64,000 nucleotides of DNA from a virus (taxonomy: Duplodnaviria; Heunggongvirae; Uroviricota; Caudoviricetes). Positions 26,216-34,755 of the stretch are shown one piece after another (position 1 is the first letter of the stretch; each line of letters starts with the position of its first letter). The stretch is taken from IMG/VR virus record IMGVR_UViG_3300042892_001069. The stretch is one strand, 5' to 3'. The translations under genes and the position numbers were made by a program. The notes beneath the pieces are model-generated. The model had not been told where the DNA came from, did not search any database, and saw only the letters and a program-made list of their open reading frames with translations.

Positions 26216-27849
26216 TTTACTATTGCTTCTAGTTCGTCAAGTTTATTAATTGCGGATTCGTTAAATTCGCTATCTTCTATTGATTGTACAGTATCAGGTG
26301 TCACTTCGTCAAACAGATTGGCAAATGACGTACTAGCATTAACAGTTTTCTTGCCACTAGCACCGCGAGTACCAATAATATCCATCCAATACTTATTATA
26401 TTCTTCAACTAGTTGATCTGCTCGTCCTCGATCACTTGTTTCAAATATAGCATTAACAATGTCTTTGAAAAACATATGTTCGTATTGCTTAGACGATTTT
26501 CTATTAGCGTCTAACACACTCATCATAGCAGGCATGTTACCAGCATCGTACTGGCGATTAGCTTCTTGAACTGCGTTAACGTGCATCCAAACATTATGGC
26601 CCATCATTACAGCATAGCTAAATGAATCCCAACTTGTTTTGTTACTAACTTTGCCCAACTTATTAAGATCTGGGGTTTTAATCCAATCGGCCGGATTCAT
26701 TGGATCTGGATTTATAACTCCCGGTTTAGGAGTACCTGCTCCGTAGATACAAATTTCTTTCATAGTAACTTGATCTATGATTGGACTTGATTCAAACAAT
26801 TTAAAGATATTGTCTTGTATTACAGCGTCTTTGAACAATCGGGTGTCTGTTGCGTATTTTTTGTCGTCCGCAGAAGACTGCATACGGTAGACCCATTTCT
26901 TTCTATCTTCGGTTTCTGTATTGATGTAGATCTGTCCATTTGCGGTGGCAAGGAACGGACTTGCGCAGTCAAAAGAGATGGTAAATTGCTCATTATGATA
27001 TTTCCTTACAGCACGTTGAATGTCAGTGAGCAGTACAGCCCACTCCAATTTTGATGTTCCTAAGAAGTGCATCCAATCTTGTTCACCCTTCTCAAGTAAC
27101 CCATCAAATCTTAATGCCACAAGGCGTTTTAACACCAAGTGTACGTCACACATATTTTGTCCACCCATACCCCAACCGTTAAAGTGACGGTCGCCGTATT
27201 GTTTGGGATCACAGTATTTTTTCATACGCTGATACCAATCCTCGGCATCGGCGTGATTTTCACCCTGCAGCACATTTAAAAATTTACAATTACCATTTCT
27301 ATTATTAACAAAATAATCATTGTTAATATATGTGCCTTGAACTGCTTCCATGTATGTACTGATACCAGTTGCCGCAACCCCAGCAGGGCTACGAGCAACC
27401 CATGCCGGAATATCAAGCCCCATACCGTAGTCCATTAGTGTGTCCATCCAAGTAAGTACTTGTTGGCGCTTCTTCATAGCCTTTGGACAATTAGGATCTT
27501 TCCAATCAGCTGGCCAAACACCTTTACCAATTTGGAATCCGCCAGAGTCACCTAACACCCAACTTGTAGATCTATTACGATTGCGAAACATGTCTTCGCT
27601 TTCGTCTTGTTTATTTAAATCAAGATTAGCGTGACCTGCTGAATACAAGCAATGATCGTAATAAAATGCGCCCTTGTCTGGTTCAAGATAGTTAAGACTT
27701 TCGATACCATTGGCAAAACTTGCCGGAATGCGAGCAGGGTCTACATAATTACTATATCGTTGCTTACCGATAAACGTAGAATAGAATCCTGACGTAGCTG
27801 GTAAGAAGTACGCATAGTCATTTTGCGTTGCTGTTAGATTCTTATTCAA
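26212..27849 (-). CDS. TGT/DpdA-like base-exchange transglycosylase
   Basis: TGT-family motifs LGDSGGFQ, GLDIP, NVLQG, GWGMGG, MHFLG, SFDCASP, GHN; no CxCxxC zinc motif; TTG start. Confidence 0.8.
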   Translation of the reverse strand: MNKNLTATQNDYAYFLPATSGFYSTFIGKQRYSNYVDPARIPASFANGIESLNYLEPDKGAFYYDHCLYSAGHANLDLNKQDESEDMFRNRNRSTSWVLGDSGGFQIGKGVWPADWKDPNCPKAMKKRQQVLTWMDTLMDYGMGLDIPAWVARSPAGVAATGISTYMEAVQGTYINNDYFVNNRNGNCKFLNVLQGENHADAEDWYQRMKKYCDPKQYGDRHFNGWGMGGQNMCDVHLVLKRLVALRFDGLLEKGEQDWMHFLGTSKLEWAVLLTDIQRAVRKYHNEQFTISFDCASPFLATANGQIYINTETEDRKKWVYRMQSSADDKKYATDTRLFKDAVIQDNIFKLFESSPIIDQVTMKEICIYGAGTPKPGVINPDPMNPADWIKTPDLNKLGKVSNKTSWDSFSYAVMMGHNVWMHVNAVQEANRQYDAGNMPAMMSVLDANRKSSKQYEHMFFKDIVNAIFETSDRGRADQLVEEYNKYWMDIIGTRGASGKKTVNASTSFANLFDEVTPDTVQSIEDSEFNESAINKLDELEAIVK

Positions 27850-28045
27850 TTCGACCCCATTTAATTTTTAACCATATTCTTTCATGAATATAATAATCTA
27901 CACTTAAGAGAATATGTAGTGCTGTGGCAAAGCCTGTAGCACTACTAATATCTCCAGTAAACAAGTATGTCCATAGAATAGTAAACAACCATGCTGTCAC
28001 ACGGTATGTTAACATTCTTACTACGGTTCTTTTCTTAGTTTCCAT
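27842..28045 (-). CDS. small membrane protein (DUF2061-like)
   Basis: K.T...TYR at the N-terminus, YYIHERIW at the C-terminus, two hydrophobic helices. Confidence 0.6.
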   Translation of the reverse strand: METKKRTVVRMLTYRVTAWLFTILWTYLFTGDISSATGFATALHILLSVDYYIHERIWLKIKWGRIE

Positions 28046-28776
28046 TACTTAGATTGTGCTGGAAGAATATAATTGTATTCAGCAAGACCGCTGTCAACTG
28101 TAATTTGTAGTGCGCCTTGATCAGTAATCTTCATAGTAATGTCACCACTTAGATTTAAAATACTCATCATTTGATTAACAGGCCATGACCATGCTTGTTT
28201 TAATTTACCAGTAATACCTGCTTGGAAAATAAATGATCCAGCGTGTGTGCTAGCATCACCAAAGCTAAACACTAGATTATCGTCTTTAGTTGTTATTTGA
28301 AATACAGTTTCTTCAGTATGGGCTTGTGCTTGGAACTTCAAACGTTGAATACTTGCAACGCTTGGTTGGAATTCAATATCCCATGAAGAACCTTTGTATT
28401 TTACAGACTTAAGACGTTCGTTAATAATGTCTTGATTCATAAACCGATAGTCATTTTCAAAGTCGTTAGCCGCATTAACAAAGTGTAATCCTGTTGGAAT
28501 TTCTTCACCGTTGCGTTGTTGTTTAACTACACTGATTTGTGCGTTCTCTTTGTATTCTGGACACTTGAGGTGAATATCCAACTTGTTCAAGTTAGGCATA
28601 CCAAACGTACCTTCAAAGTCGCCAACTGGTTTGTGTGTCTTGGCATTAACAATAACTGAACGATCCTCTGCCATCGATTCAATTTTTGTTTCTGTGTCAG
28701 TAGCACTAATTTTCACTAATGGCAAAAAGCCAAGTGAATGTGTATGCGCTACTAGGTCTTGTAAAAAGTCTTTCAT
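28045..28776 (-). CDS. putative DNA sliding clamp
   Basis: 243 aa (clamp-subunit size), beta-rich, two genes from polB; PolB ends in a clamp-binding-like SLFEF motif; an RFC-like loader is in the window. Confidence 0.55.
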   Translation of the reverse strand: MKDFLQDLVAHTHSLGFLPLVKISATDTETKIESMAEDRSVIVNAKTHKPVGDFEGTFGMPNLNKLDIHLKCPEYKENAQISVVKQQRNGEEIPTGLHFVNAANDFENDYRFMNQDIINERLKSVKYKGSSWDIEFQPSVASIQRLKFQAQAHTEETVFQITTKDDNLVFSFGDASTHAGSFIFQAGITGKLKQAWSWPVNQMMSILNLSGDITMKITDQGALQITVDSGLAEYNYILPAQSK

Positions 28777-28797
28777 ATTGATTCTCCGTGTTTATCT

Positions 28798-28826
28798 ATT
28801 ATATTTAGGTTTGTGACAAAAGTCAA
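28798..28826 (-). promoter_or_regulatory. composite promoter: TTGACT-17-TATAAT with overlapping CTAAATA late motif
   Basis: Minus strand reads TTGACT TTTGTCACAAACCTAAA TATAAT. Confidence 0.75.
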
Positions 28827-29596
28827 GCATTTTTTCGTATTTGATGATTGTATTTCACCGTTTCTTCAACTAATGTAATTGGCGACCCAATTGTGTTAGC
28901 CCATTGTATAAATGCTTCAGTGTCTTTGGGGAAACAATGACCTCCCCAACCACGTTCTCCATCTGGCCCAGGAACAACTGTATGTCCAGCACCAATCCGT
29001 TGATCGTTAGCCAATATGTGTCTAACAATTTCATAATCCATTCCTGTCTTTTCACAAATATCATTTATTTGATTAAAGAAACTTGTTTTAAGAGCAAGGA
29101 ATGAATTAGTTGAGTATTTGACTAAACATGCTTCTTTAGCAGAGCAGTTAAACACTAGTTTACAGTGTGGTAGTGTTGTCTGGAATAGTTCTTGCCAGAA
29201 ATATTCAGGATCCTCACCACCTAACACAATATACTTTTGATTTAAGAAATCATCATTGGCACTTCTTGCTTTTAAAAATTCTGGACTATATGTTATAGCA
29301 AGAGTTGAGTACACTTGTTCAAAACCGTCAGCAATGCCGGGAGTCACTGTACTTTTAATTAGTACTGGCATGAATATCGGCACTTGATCTAGTATGCTAG
29401 CAATTATGCTAGCATCGCAAATTCCATTTTCAGTAGTTGGGGTCGGCGCACATATAATCAATCCGTCAGCATCGTGATGATCTTTAATTTGATCTTCAGA
29501 ATACTTTGGATCAACAATAATAATTTCGTGTTGATTTTTAAAAGCATTGTATACTGCTTTACCAACAAATCCATATCCGGCAATAATTATTTTCAT
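28823..29596 (-). CDS. ugd: UDP-glucose/GDP-mannose dehydrogenase family protein lacking the C-terminal domain
   Basis: AGYGFVG, ICAPTP, IKSTV, SPEFL, KYSTN, DQRIG and catalytic GGHCFPKD; the protein ends soon after. Confidence 0.85.
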   Translation of the reverse strand: MKIIIAGYGFVGKAVYNAFKNQHEIIIVDPKYSEDQIKDHHDADGLIICAPTPTTENGICDASIIASILDQVPIFMPVLIKSTVTPGIADGFEQVYSTLAITYSPEFLKARSANDDFLNQKYIVLGGEDPEYFWQELFQTTLPHCKLVFNCSAKEACLVKYSTNSFLALKTSFFNQINDICEKTGMDYEIVRHILANDQRIGAGHTVVPGPDGERGWGGHCFPKDTEAFIQWANTIGSPITLVEETVKYNHQIRKNA

Positions 29597-29597
29597 A

Positions 29598-32267
29598 TTA
29601 GAACTCAAATAAACTGTTAAATGTATTCTTTTCTTCTGTGCTAGTAACGTCCCACTTCAATACACCGATCAAGTTGTCTAACTTGTTGTCAATGATTGTT
29701 TGTTCCATTTCGGCATGATCAAACGGCAAGTCCTTAAACCATTGTGGCAACCGTAGTTCGTCTACTGGGTACGCAACACTAGTGTATCCAAGCGGGTTTT
29801 GTTTAAGTTTACAAACAATAACCTTAGCACCGTCAGTAACTGCCATACTGTACTTGTCGTTAAACATACGCTTGAGAGTATTCCAGTTAATACTTGCTCT
29901 TACATGCCCCGGCATATTAGCTTTACCTGCTTTAGCTTCTTTAGCTTGATACTCGGTAATTTTGTTAGCACGTTTAGGACTGCCTTTTTCCCAACCTGGA
30001 CGACTTTTAAATCGCAATCTAAATTCACTAATGTGTGCTAATACATCTGCTTCGGTGGCACCTGTTAAAACTTTTTCAAGTATGTCACTTAAGAAGTCCT
30101 GAATAAATTCTGGCGTATCACTACGCTTCAAATCAAGGCCCATGGCCTTTATCTTACCAGGTTTACCATCTACGTCTGCTCGCTTACCTTCTTTGTCATA
30201 GTATAATACAGCATACCGCTTTTTTGTAATGAATAAACTCTTAGAGCCAACAATTTCACGACCGGCTTTAATAACTTCGCCACGAGTCTTAGGACAATGG
30301 AACGCATCCAACATAAACTGTGGGAATGTAGTGTTTACTTCCTCGGCAATTTGGTCATACAACTGTATAACACTTTCTTTAGTCCATGGCACATGCCCTG
30401 CAGCAATTTCTTTTTCTAGTGTTTTATACGCACTGAAGTAACATGAGTCGGTATCACCATAGATAATTGCTTTGCCTGTATGATTATATTCGCCTGCGAT
30501 AATCTCATTTACCTTACTTGCCATGTGATGTGCGATAGCACGGCCAGTAAGAGTGGTAGATTGACCGATGCGTTTATCAAAAAAGCGACAGCCAGGATTA
30601 AGAATGGCGCCGTATAGTGAATTAAGGTTAATCTTTTTAACCAATTGTCGCTTGTCCCAGTATTCTTCTTCAATTTTATTGCCGGCATTGATTGCCTCCT
30701 TTAGTTTAGCTTGCATTTCCTTTCGCTCGCTATACCACCGCTTTAACAATCCGGGAATAATACCTTCATTTTCATAAGTGAAAATCGTACCATTAGCACT
30801 TAGCATCCATGGTTGGTTGCTTTCGTAAATCAATCGATACACTTCTGCGGCACTGAGAACATCGCTATCACCATTCTCCCAGTCAATGGTAATGTCAGTG
30901 CCAATTTCTTGACCCATTACTGCTGTGTACTCTACGCTACCAAACATACCTTCCCACGCCGCCGCAAAACTTTTACCTTTGGCAGTTTGATTATCGATAT
31001 ATTCTTGTGTTTTTGTTTGGCGTAACTGTCCAATGATAGTCTCCGGACCCATGTTAAGTGCTCTAATGGCACTTGGATACAGTGAATTAATGTCTAATGA
31101 GCCAACCCAGTCTTGGATACCTTCTTTAGGATACGCAACATAAGCACCAGCGGCACCTTCGTTATCCTCACGCTCTTCCATTTTAATACGATTAGGTACC
31201 TGGAATCCCCTACGATGACATTCGTTAATAATAGCTTGTTCAGTTACAGCTACCGCACCCATTGTGGTCTGTAGCAATACAGTACATTCATGTGCCAGTG
31301 TATTAGCAAGATCCATAAACTTGAGCTTCTTATCAAGATCGTCTAGCAGTTGGCAGTCGTTAATGTTGTATTCAACAAATGTACGGAAGTCATTGTTGTA
31401 TAGTTGATCCAATGTGCCTTCGTATTGTGTTTTACGCTGGCCTAATTCATATTCGGCAATAGCATCTAGTCTATATGTGTGACGTTCTTCATAGGTATAC
31501 TTACGATACAGTTCAAGACTATCTAAATGTACACGACCAATAAAGTCATAGGTTACTGCTTGACGCCCATATTTTTCATATTCTCTACGTTTAGGAAACT
31601 GATTAAACAAACAGAAACGTCGGGTATCTTCTTTGCTCAATACTTTGGTTACACGATTAACAGTGTATGGAATATCAAATCCTTCTGAGTTCCAACCACT
31701 CAATATGTCAGCATCTTTAATTAAATCTAAAAACACGTCTAACATCTCTGCTTCAGAAGCGTACAACATAACATTGTCAAAATCTTTAACTGCGTCTTTA
31801 GCCTCATCCATAGTCATGGTCTTTGGCGGAATTGCCAAACAGATCATTGTGTCCATCCATTGTAGCTTAACTGCTATAGCAGTAATGGGCATAAACGCAT
31901 CGTCTGGACTAGCGTAGCCACGCTCTGGATCAAAGTCGACTTCAATGTCGAAAAATGCTACATTTAGCTTTGGTGCGTCTTGATTAAGATAGTGTTCACT
32001 TAGACAAACAAAGATTGGATTGATATCACTTTCAAATACCTGCTTACCTGAATTGATTGCTTGTTCTTTGCGTAGCTCTTTTGTGTTTTTACAAACAATA
32101 CGTGATACTGGATCACCGTATATACTTTGAAATTTGCCTCTAGGGTCTTTGACGTAAAACGTGTGTTTTACGGGTATGTCGCGAAATTCTCTTTCGCCTT
32201 TCTTATTACGTTCAACCACTCGGATAATATCGTTCTCGCGGTCAAACCATGCGTCTACATAGCTCAT
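29598..32267 (-). CDS. family B DNA polymerase (T4 gp43-like)
   Basis: ExoI FDIEV, ExoII GWNSEGFD, motif A DINSLYPS, motif B KINLNSLYG, motif C YGDTDS; start MSYVDA after GGAG. Confidence 0.97.
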   Translation of the reverse strand: MSYVDAWFDRENDIIRVVERNKKGEREFRDIPVKHTFYVKDPRGKFQSIYGDPVSRIVCKNTKELRKEQAINSGKQVFESDINPIFVCLSEHYLNQDAPKLNVAFFDIEVDFDPERGYASPDDAFMPITAIAVKLQWMDTMICLAIPPKTMTMDEAKDAVKDFDNVMLYASEAEMLDVFLDLIKDADILSGWNSEGFDIPYTVNRVTKVLSKEDTRRFCLFNQFPKRREYEKYGRQAVTYDFIGRVHLDSLELYRKYTYEERHTYRLDAIAEYELGQRKTQYEGTLDQLYNNDFRTFVEYNINDCQLLDDLDKKLKFMDLANTLAHECTVLLQTTMGAVAVTEQAIINECHRRGFQVPNRIKMEEREDNEGAAGAYVAYPKEGIQDWVGSLDINSLYPSAIRALNMGPETIIGQLRQTKTQEYIDNQTAKGKSFAAAWEGMFGSVEYTAVMGQEIGTDITIDWENGDSDVLSAAEVYRLIYESNQPWMLSANGTIFTYENEGIIPGLLKRWYSERKEMQAKLKEAINAGNKIEEEYWDKRQLVKKINLNSLYGAILNPGCRFFDKRIGQSTTLTGRAIAHHMASKVNEIIAGEYNHTGKAIIYGDTDSCYFSAYKTLEKEIAAGHVPWTKESVIQLYDQIAEEVNTTFPQFMLDAFHCPKTRGEVIKAGREIVGSKSLFITKKRYAVLYYDKEGKRADVDGKPGKIKAMGLDLKRSDTPEFIQDFLSDILEKVLTGATEADVLAHISEFRLRFKSRPGWEKGSPKRANKITEYQAKEAKAGKANMPGHVRASINWNTLKRMFNDKYSMAVTDGAKVIVCKLKQNPLGYTSVAYPVDELRLPQWFKDLPFDHAEMEQTIIDNKLDNLIGVLKWDVTSTEEKNTFNSLFEF

Positions 32268-32279
32268 TAGTTCTCCATA

Positions 32280-32297
32280 TGTCATTTAGGGCTGACA
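32280..32297 (-). promoter_or_regulatory. putative translational operator hairpin of polB
   Basis: TGTCA-GCCCTAAA-TGACA (5-bp stem, 8-nt loop) 3 nt upstream of the GGAG RBS. Confidence 0.45.
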
Positions 32298-32348
32298 AAC
32301 ACCAACGTTGCGGATTATGGCCCGCCTGCCATCTATAGTATACTACTT

Positions 32349-32606
32349 TTAGATACGTTTTGTAATATCTAAAATTGCCTCAATCTCGGCCCAATCTTCA
32401 TTATGCGAACTCCAATCACCTTTATGAGCAATCTTAATAGCACGATTAATCACGCTTGGTTTAATTTGTAATTCTTCTGCCACTGCCTTAACTGTTTCTT
32501 TTAAGCCTTCTGTTAGATCTTCAACTTCTCGAAGTACAGTACTACCTTCCGAAATCAACCGCTCTAGTTTTGCCTTTTCTTCTGCGCCATAATTACGTCC
32601 TGACAT
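32349..32606 (-). CDS. small DNA-binding protein (T4 DsbA-like)
   Basis: 85-aa helical protein; LKETVKAVAEELQIKPSVINRAIKIAHK pattern resembles the DsbA family. Confidence 0.5.
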   Translation of the reverse strand: MSGRNYGAEEKAKLERLISEGSTVLREVEDLTEGLKETVKAVAEELQIKPSVINRAIKIAHKGDWSSHNEDWAEIEAILDITKRI

Positions 32607-32629
32607 GTGATATCTCCTTGTATAAGCCT

Positions 32630-32658
32630 ATTATACTTTACTTATCTTGTAATAGCAA
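32630..32658 (-). promoter_or_regulatory. sigma70 promoter TTGCTA-17-TATAAT with internal ATAAGTA
   Basis: Exact 17-nt spacer, upstream of an AAGGAG RBS. Confidence 0.65.
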
Positions 32659-32680
32659 CCACTTAGAAATTTTAGAGGTG

Positions 32681-32707
32681 AAAATGGCAGAACGAATCTG
32701 CCATTTT
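32681..32707. terminator. intrinsic terminator after internal-head gene block
   Basis: AAAATGGCAG-aacgaat-CTGCCATTTT perfect 10-bp inverted repeat. Confidence 0.8.
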
Positions 32708-32716
32708 AGTTAGCTA

Positions 32717-34732
32717 TTAACCTAATTTCTTTTGAACGTCGGCTAATCCTTTTTGTATTTCTGGATTTTTAGAAGTACTCAACTCTTTGATTAAAGCGTC
32801 AATTTGAGCTTTCAACGCAGCCAATTCTGCGTCATCCGCTGAGGTATCAGGTACAGCTGGTGTATCAGGTGTAGCTGGAGGATTTGGATTTCCCCCACCA
32901 CCGCCTGGTACTGGAGGTTTAACTGGAGTATTAGGTTTAACTGGATCATTATTACCAAGTTTGCCTGCGGTGTATCCGCCTGCTAGTCCAGCGGCACCTA
33001 CACCTAAAGCTGCCTTACCTGGACTAACTCTTGCGGCACGTTTTCCAACTACAGCACCAGTTCTACCTAAACGTGCAGCACCTTTAAATAAGTTACCCCA
33101 CAGACTTTCTTCTAATTCATCGTACCCTTCTGCCATAGCAGGCTCATATGTCTTGCCAGTACCGGCTAGCTGTCTGCCATTGTTAACCAAGATTTCTTTT
33201 GTTTCTGGATCGATGATTGTTTTATCTTTTGCGATAATTACAACTTCGTTACCTACTTTACCAATTTCAGCACCAAGCTGTTTTGCTGTTTCTGCGGTTG
33301 CTAGTTCTTCGGGTGTCGGTTCGACAACTGGTGGAATTTCTTGACTAGGTTCTTCAAGCATTGTTAATCGTTGTTGTAAATCTCTCATAGTTTCTGCTAG
33401 TGATTTCATTTGTGCACTCTCTTTCATTCCTGCTTTCTTATATGTTTCTGGGCCCGGTATACCGTCAGCAGTAATACCTTGCTTTTGTTGCCATGCTTGT
33501 AATTTTTGTTTAGTCTCTGGCCCCATGACACCATCCGGCTTAGCACCAATTATTTGTTGTAATCTTTGTAGATCGGACAACGCACCGCCGGCTTTACGGT
33601 CTTTACTACCTTGGCCGCTGTCGGTTGGGTTGTCGTATTTGTCAGTAGCACCGCTTAGTTCACGACCAGCTTGCCAAGCACCTAGACCAACGGCTGGAAT
33701 CCAACCTAGACCTGGTACTAATGAAAACGCACCCGATAATCCGTTTAGTGCGGCCCCAAGATAGTCGCCCTTCTTATAGCTGTCATAAGCACCTTGAGCA
33801 CCAAGTACTGCTCCAACGCCTGGTAATGCTCGACCTAATAGTTTACTACCAGCGCCAGCTGCCTTAGCACCAGTAGTCGCCGCCGGAGTCACCGCTGTCT
33901 TGGCTACACTTGATGTAGTAGGAGCAACAGATGACGGAGCAACAGGTGTTGGTGTAGTTGGCGGAGTATATCCAGCCCTACCAGCTTGAACATTTTGTCC
34001 AGCTGAGCCGTATGATGATAGCGGTTTTTCTCCTGCTATTTTTGCGGCCCGTGCACGAATTCTATCTTCAGCGGAATCAGAAAACAATTCATCTAATTGA
34101 TAACCAAATGATTCAACTAGGCTTTGAGCAATGCTACCTTTGAAGTTGATACTTTCTTTAACCTTGTTCTGTGGTAAGTTTGGATTTGAACCTGGTATAT
34201 ACGCATCGCCGTCTGTATCTGTTGCTGCAACGTTGCCTTTAGCGTCAGTAGTTAATCTACTACCATCACCCATATCTCTTGTAGTCGGCCCCGCTGGTCT
34301 AGCACCCTGACCACGTTTTGCTTTTAGCGCAATATATTTGTCAACTAATTCGAGTAGTTTCTTTAATTTTTCCATTAAGGCAGCATCGGCATCGGCAGTT
34401 TGTTTATACTGTTTCCAAGTAACGCCTTCTGGGAAATCAATGTACTTTCCGTCTGGTGTAATAACACCGTCAATACTGGCCGGATTCCAACCTGATCGAT
34501 TTTCAGTATTGCCCTGCCACGGAACAATGCGAGTGCCTGGCATCTCGCCTTCTCCGCCTTGTGAAGATTCATGCCAAAATGCTCCGTCTGGAGTTTGCAT
34601 TACTGGATTCTTATTACCAAGATTTCCTTTGTGGAAATGTGTTGGCTTAAAAACTGTAGGAGCCGCTGCCTCTTTGATATACGTACCAGCTTGAATCGCT
34701 TCTAATTTATTAACTAATGATCTATAGTCCAT
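32717..34732 (-). CDS. putative internal virion/ejection protein with peptidoglycan-binding domain
   Basis: PG_binding_1-like LQ..IG...DGVMGPET...LQAWQQ..GITADGIPGPET; Gly/Ala-rich hydrophobic hairpins; late motif upstream. Confidence 0.65.
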   Translation of the reverse strand: MDYRSLVNKLEAIQAGTYIKEAAAPTVFKPTHFHKGNLGNKNPVMQTPDGAFWHESSQGGEGEMPGTRIVPWQGNTENRSGWNPASIDGVITPDGKYIDFPEGVTWKQYKQTADADAALMEKLKKLLELVDKYIALKAKRGQGARPAGPTTRDMGDGSRLTTDAKGNVAATDTDGDAYIPGSNPNLPQNKVKESINFKGSIAQSLVESFGYQLDELFSDSAEDRIRARAAKIAGEKPLSSYGSAGQNVQAGRAGYTPPTTPTPVAPSSVAPTTSSVAKTAVTPAATTGAKAAGAGSKLLGRALPGVGAVLGAQGAYDSYKKGDYLGAALNGLSGAFSLVPGLGWIPAVGLGAWQAGRELSGATDKYDNPTDSGQGSKDRKAGGALSDLQRLQQIIGAKPDGVMGPETKQKLQAWQQKQGITADGIPGPETYKKAGMKESAQMKSLAETMRDLQQRLTMLEEPSQEIPPVVEPTPEELATAETAKQLGAEIGKVGNEVVIIAKDKTIIDPETKEILVNNGRQLAGTGKTYEPAMAEGYDELEESLWGNLFKGAARLGRTGAVVGKRAARVSPGKAALGVGAAGLAGGYTAGKLGNNDPVKPNTPVKPPVPGGGGGNPNPPATPDTPAVPDTSADDAELAALKAQIDALIKELSTSKNPEIQKGLADVQKKLG

Positions 34733-34755
34733 TCCAATCTTCCTTGATATTCTAT

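Noticed and set aside
26212-27849. Ordinary host-type tRNA-guanine transglycosylase (tgt)
   Set aside because: It is much longer, lacks the CxCxxC zinc site and sits beside replication genes, so no gene symbol was given. A tRNA substrate cannot be excluded from sequence alone.
29598-32267. Intein or intron in DNA polymerase or thyX
   Set aside because: Lengths are normal and the catalytic motifs are contiguous; no splicing or homing-endonuclease motifs.
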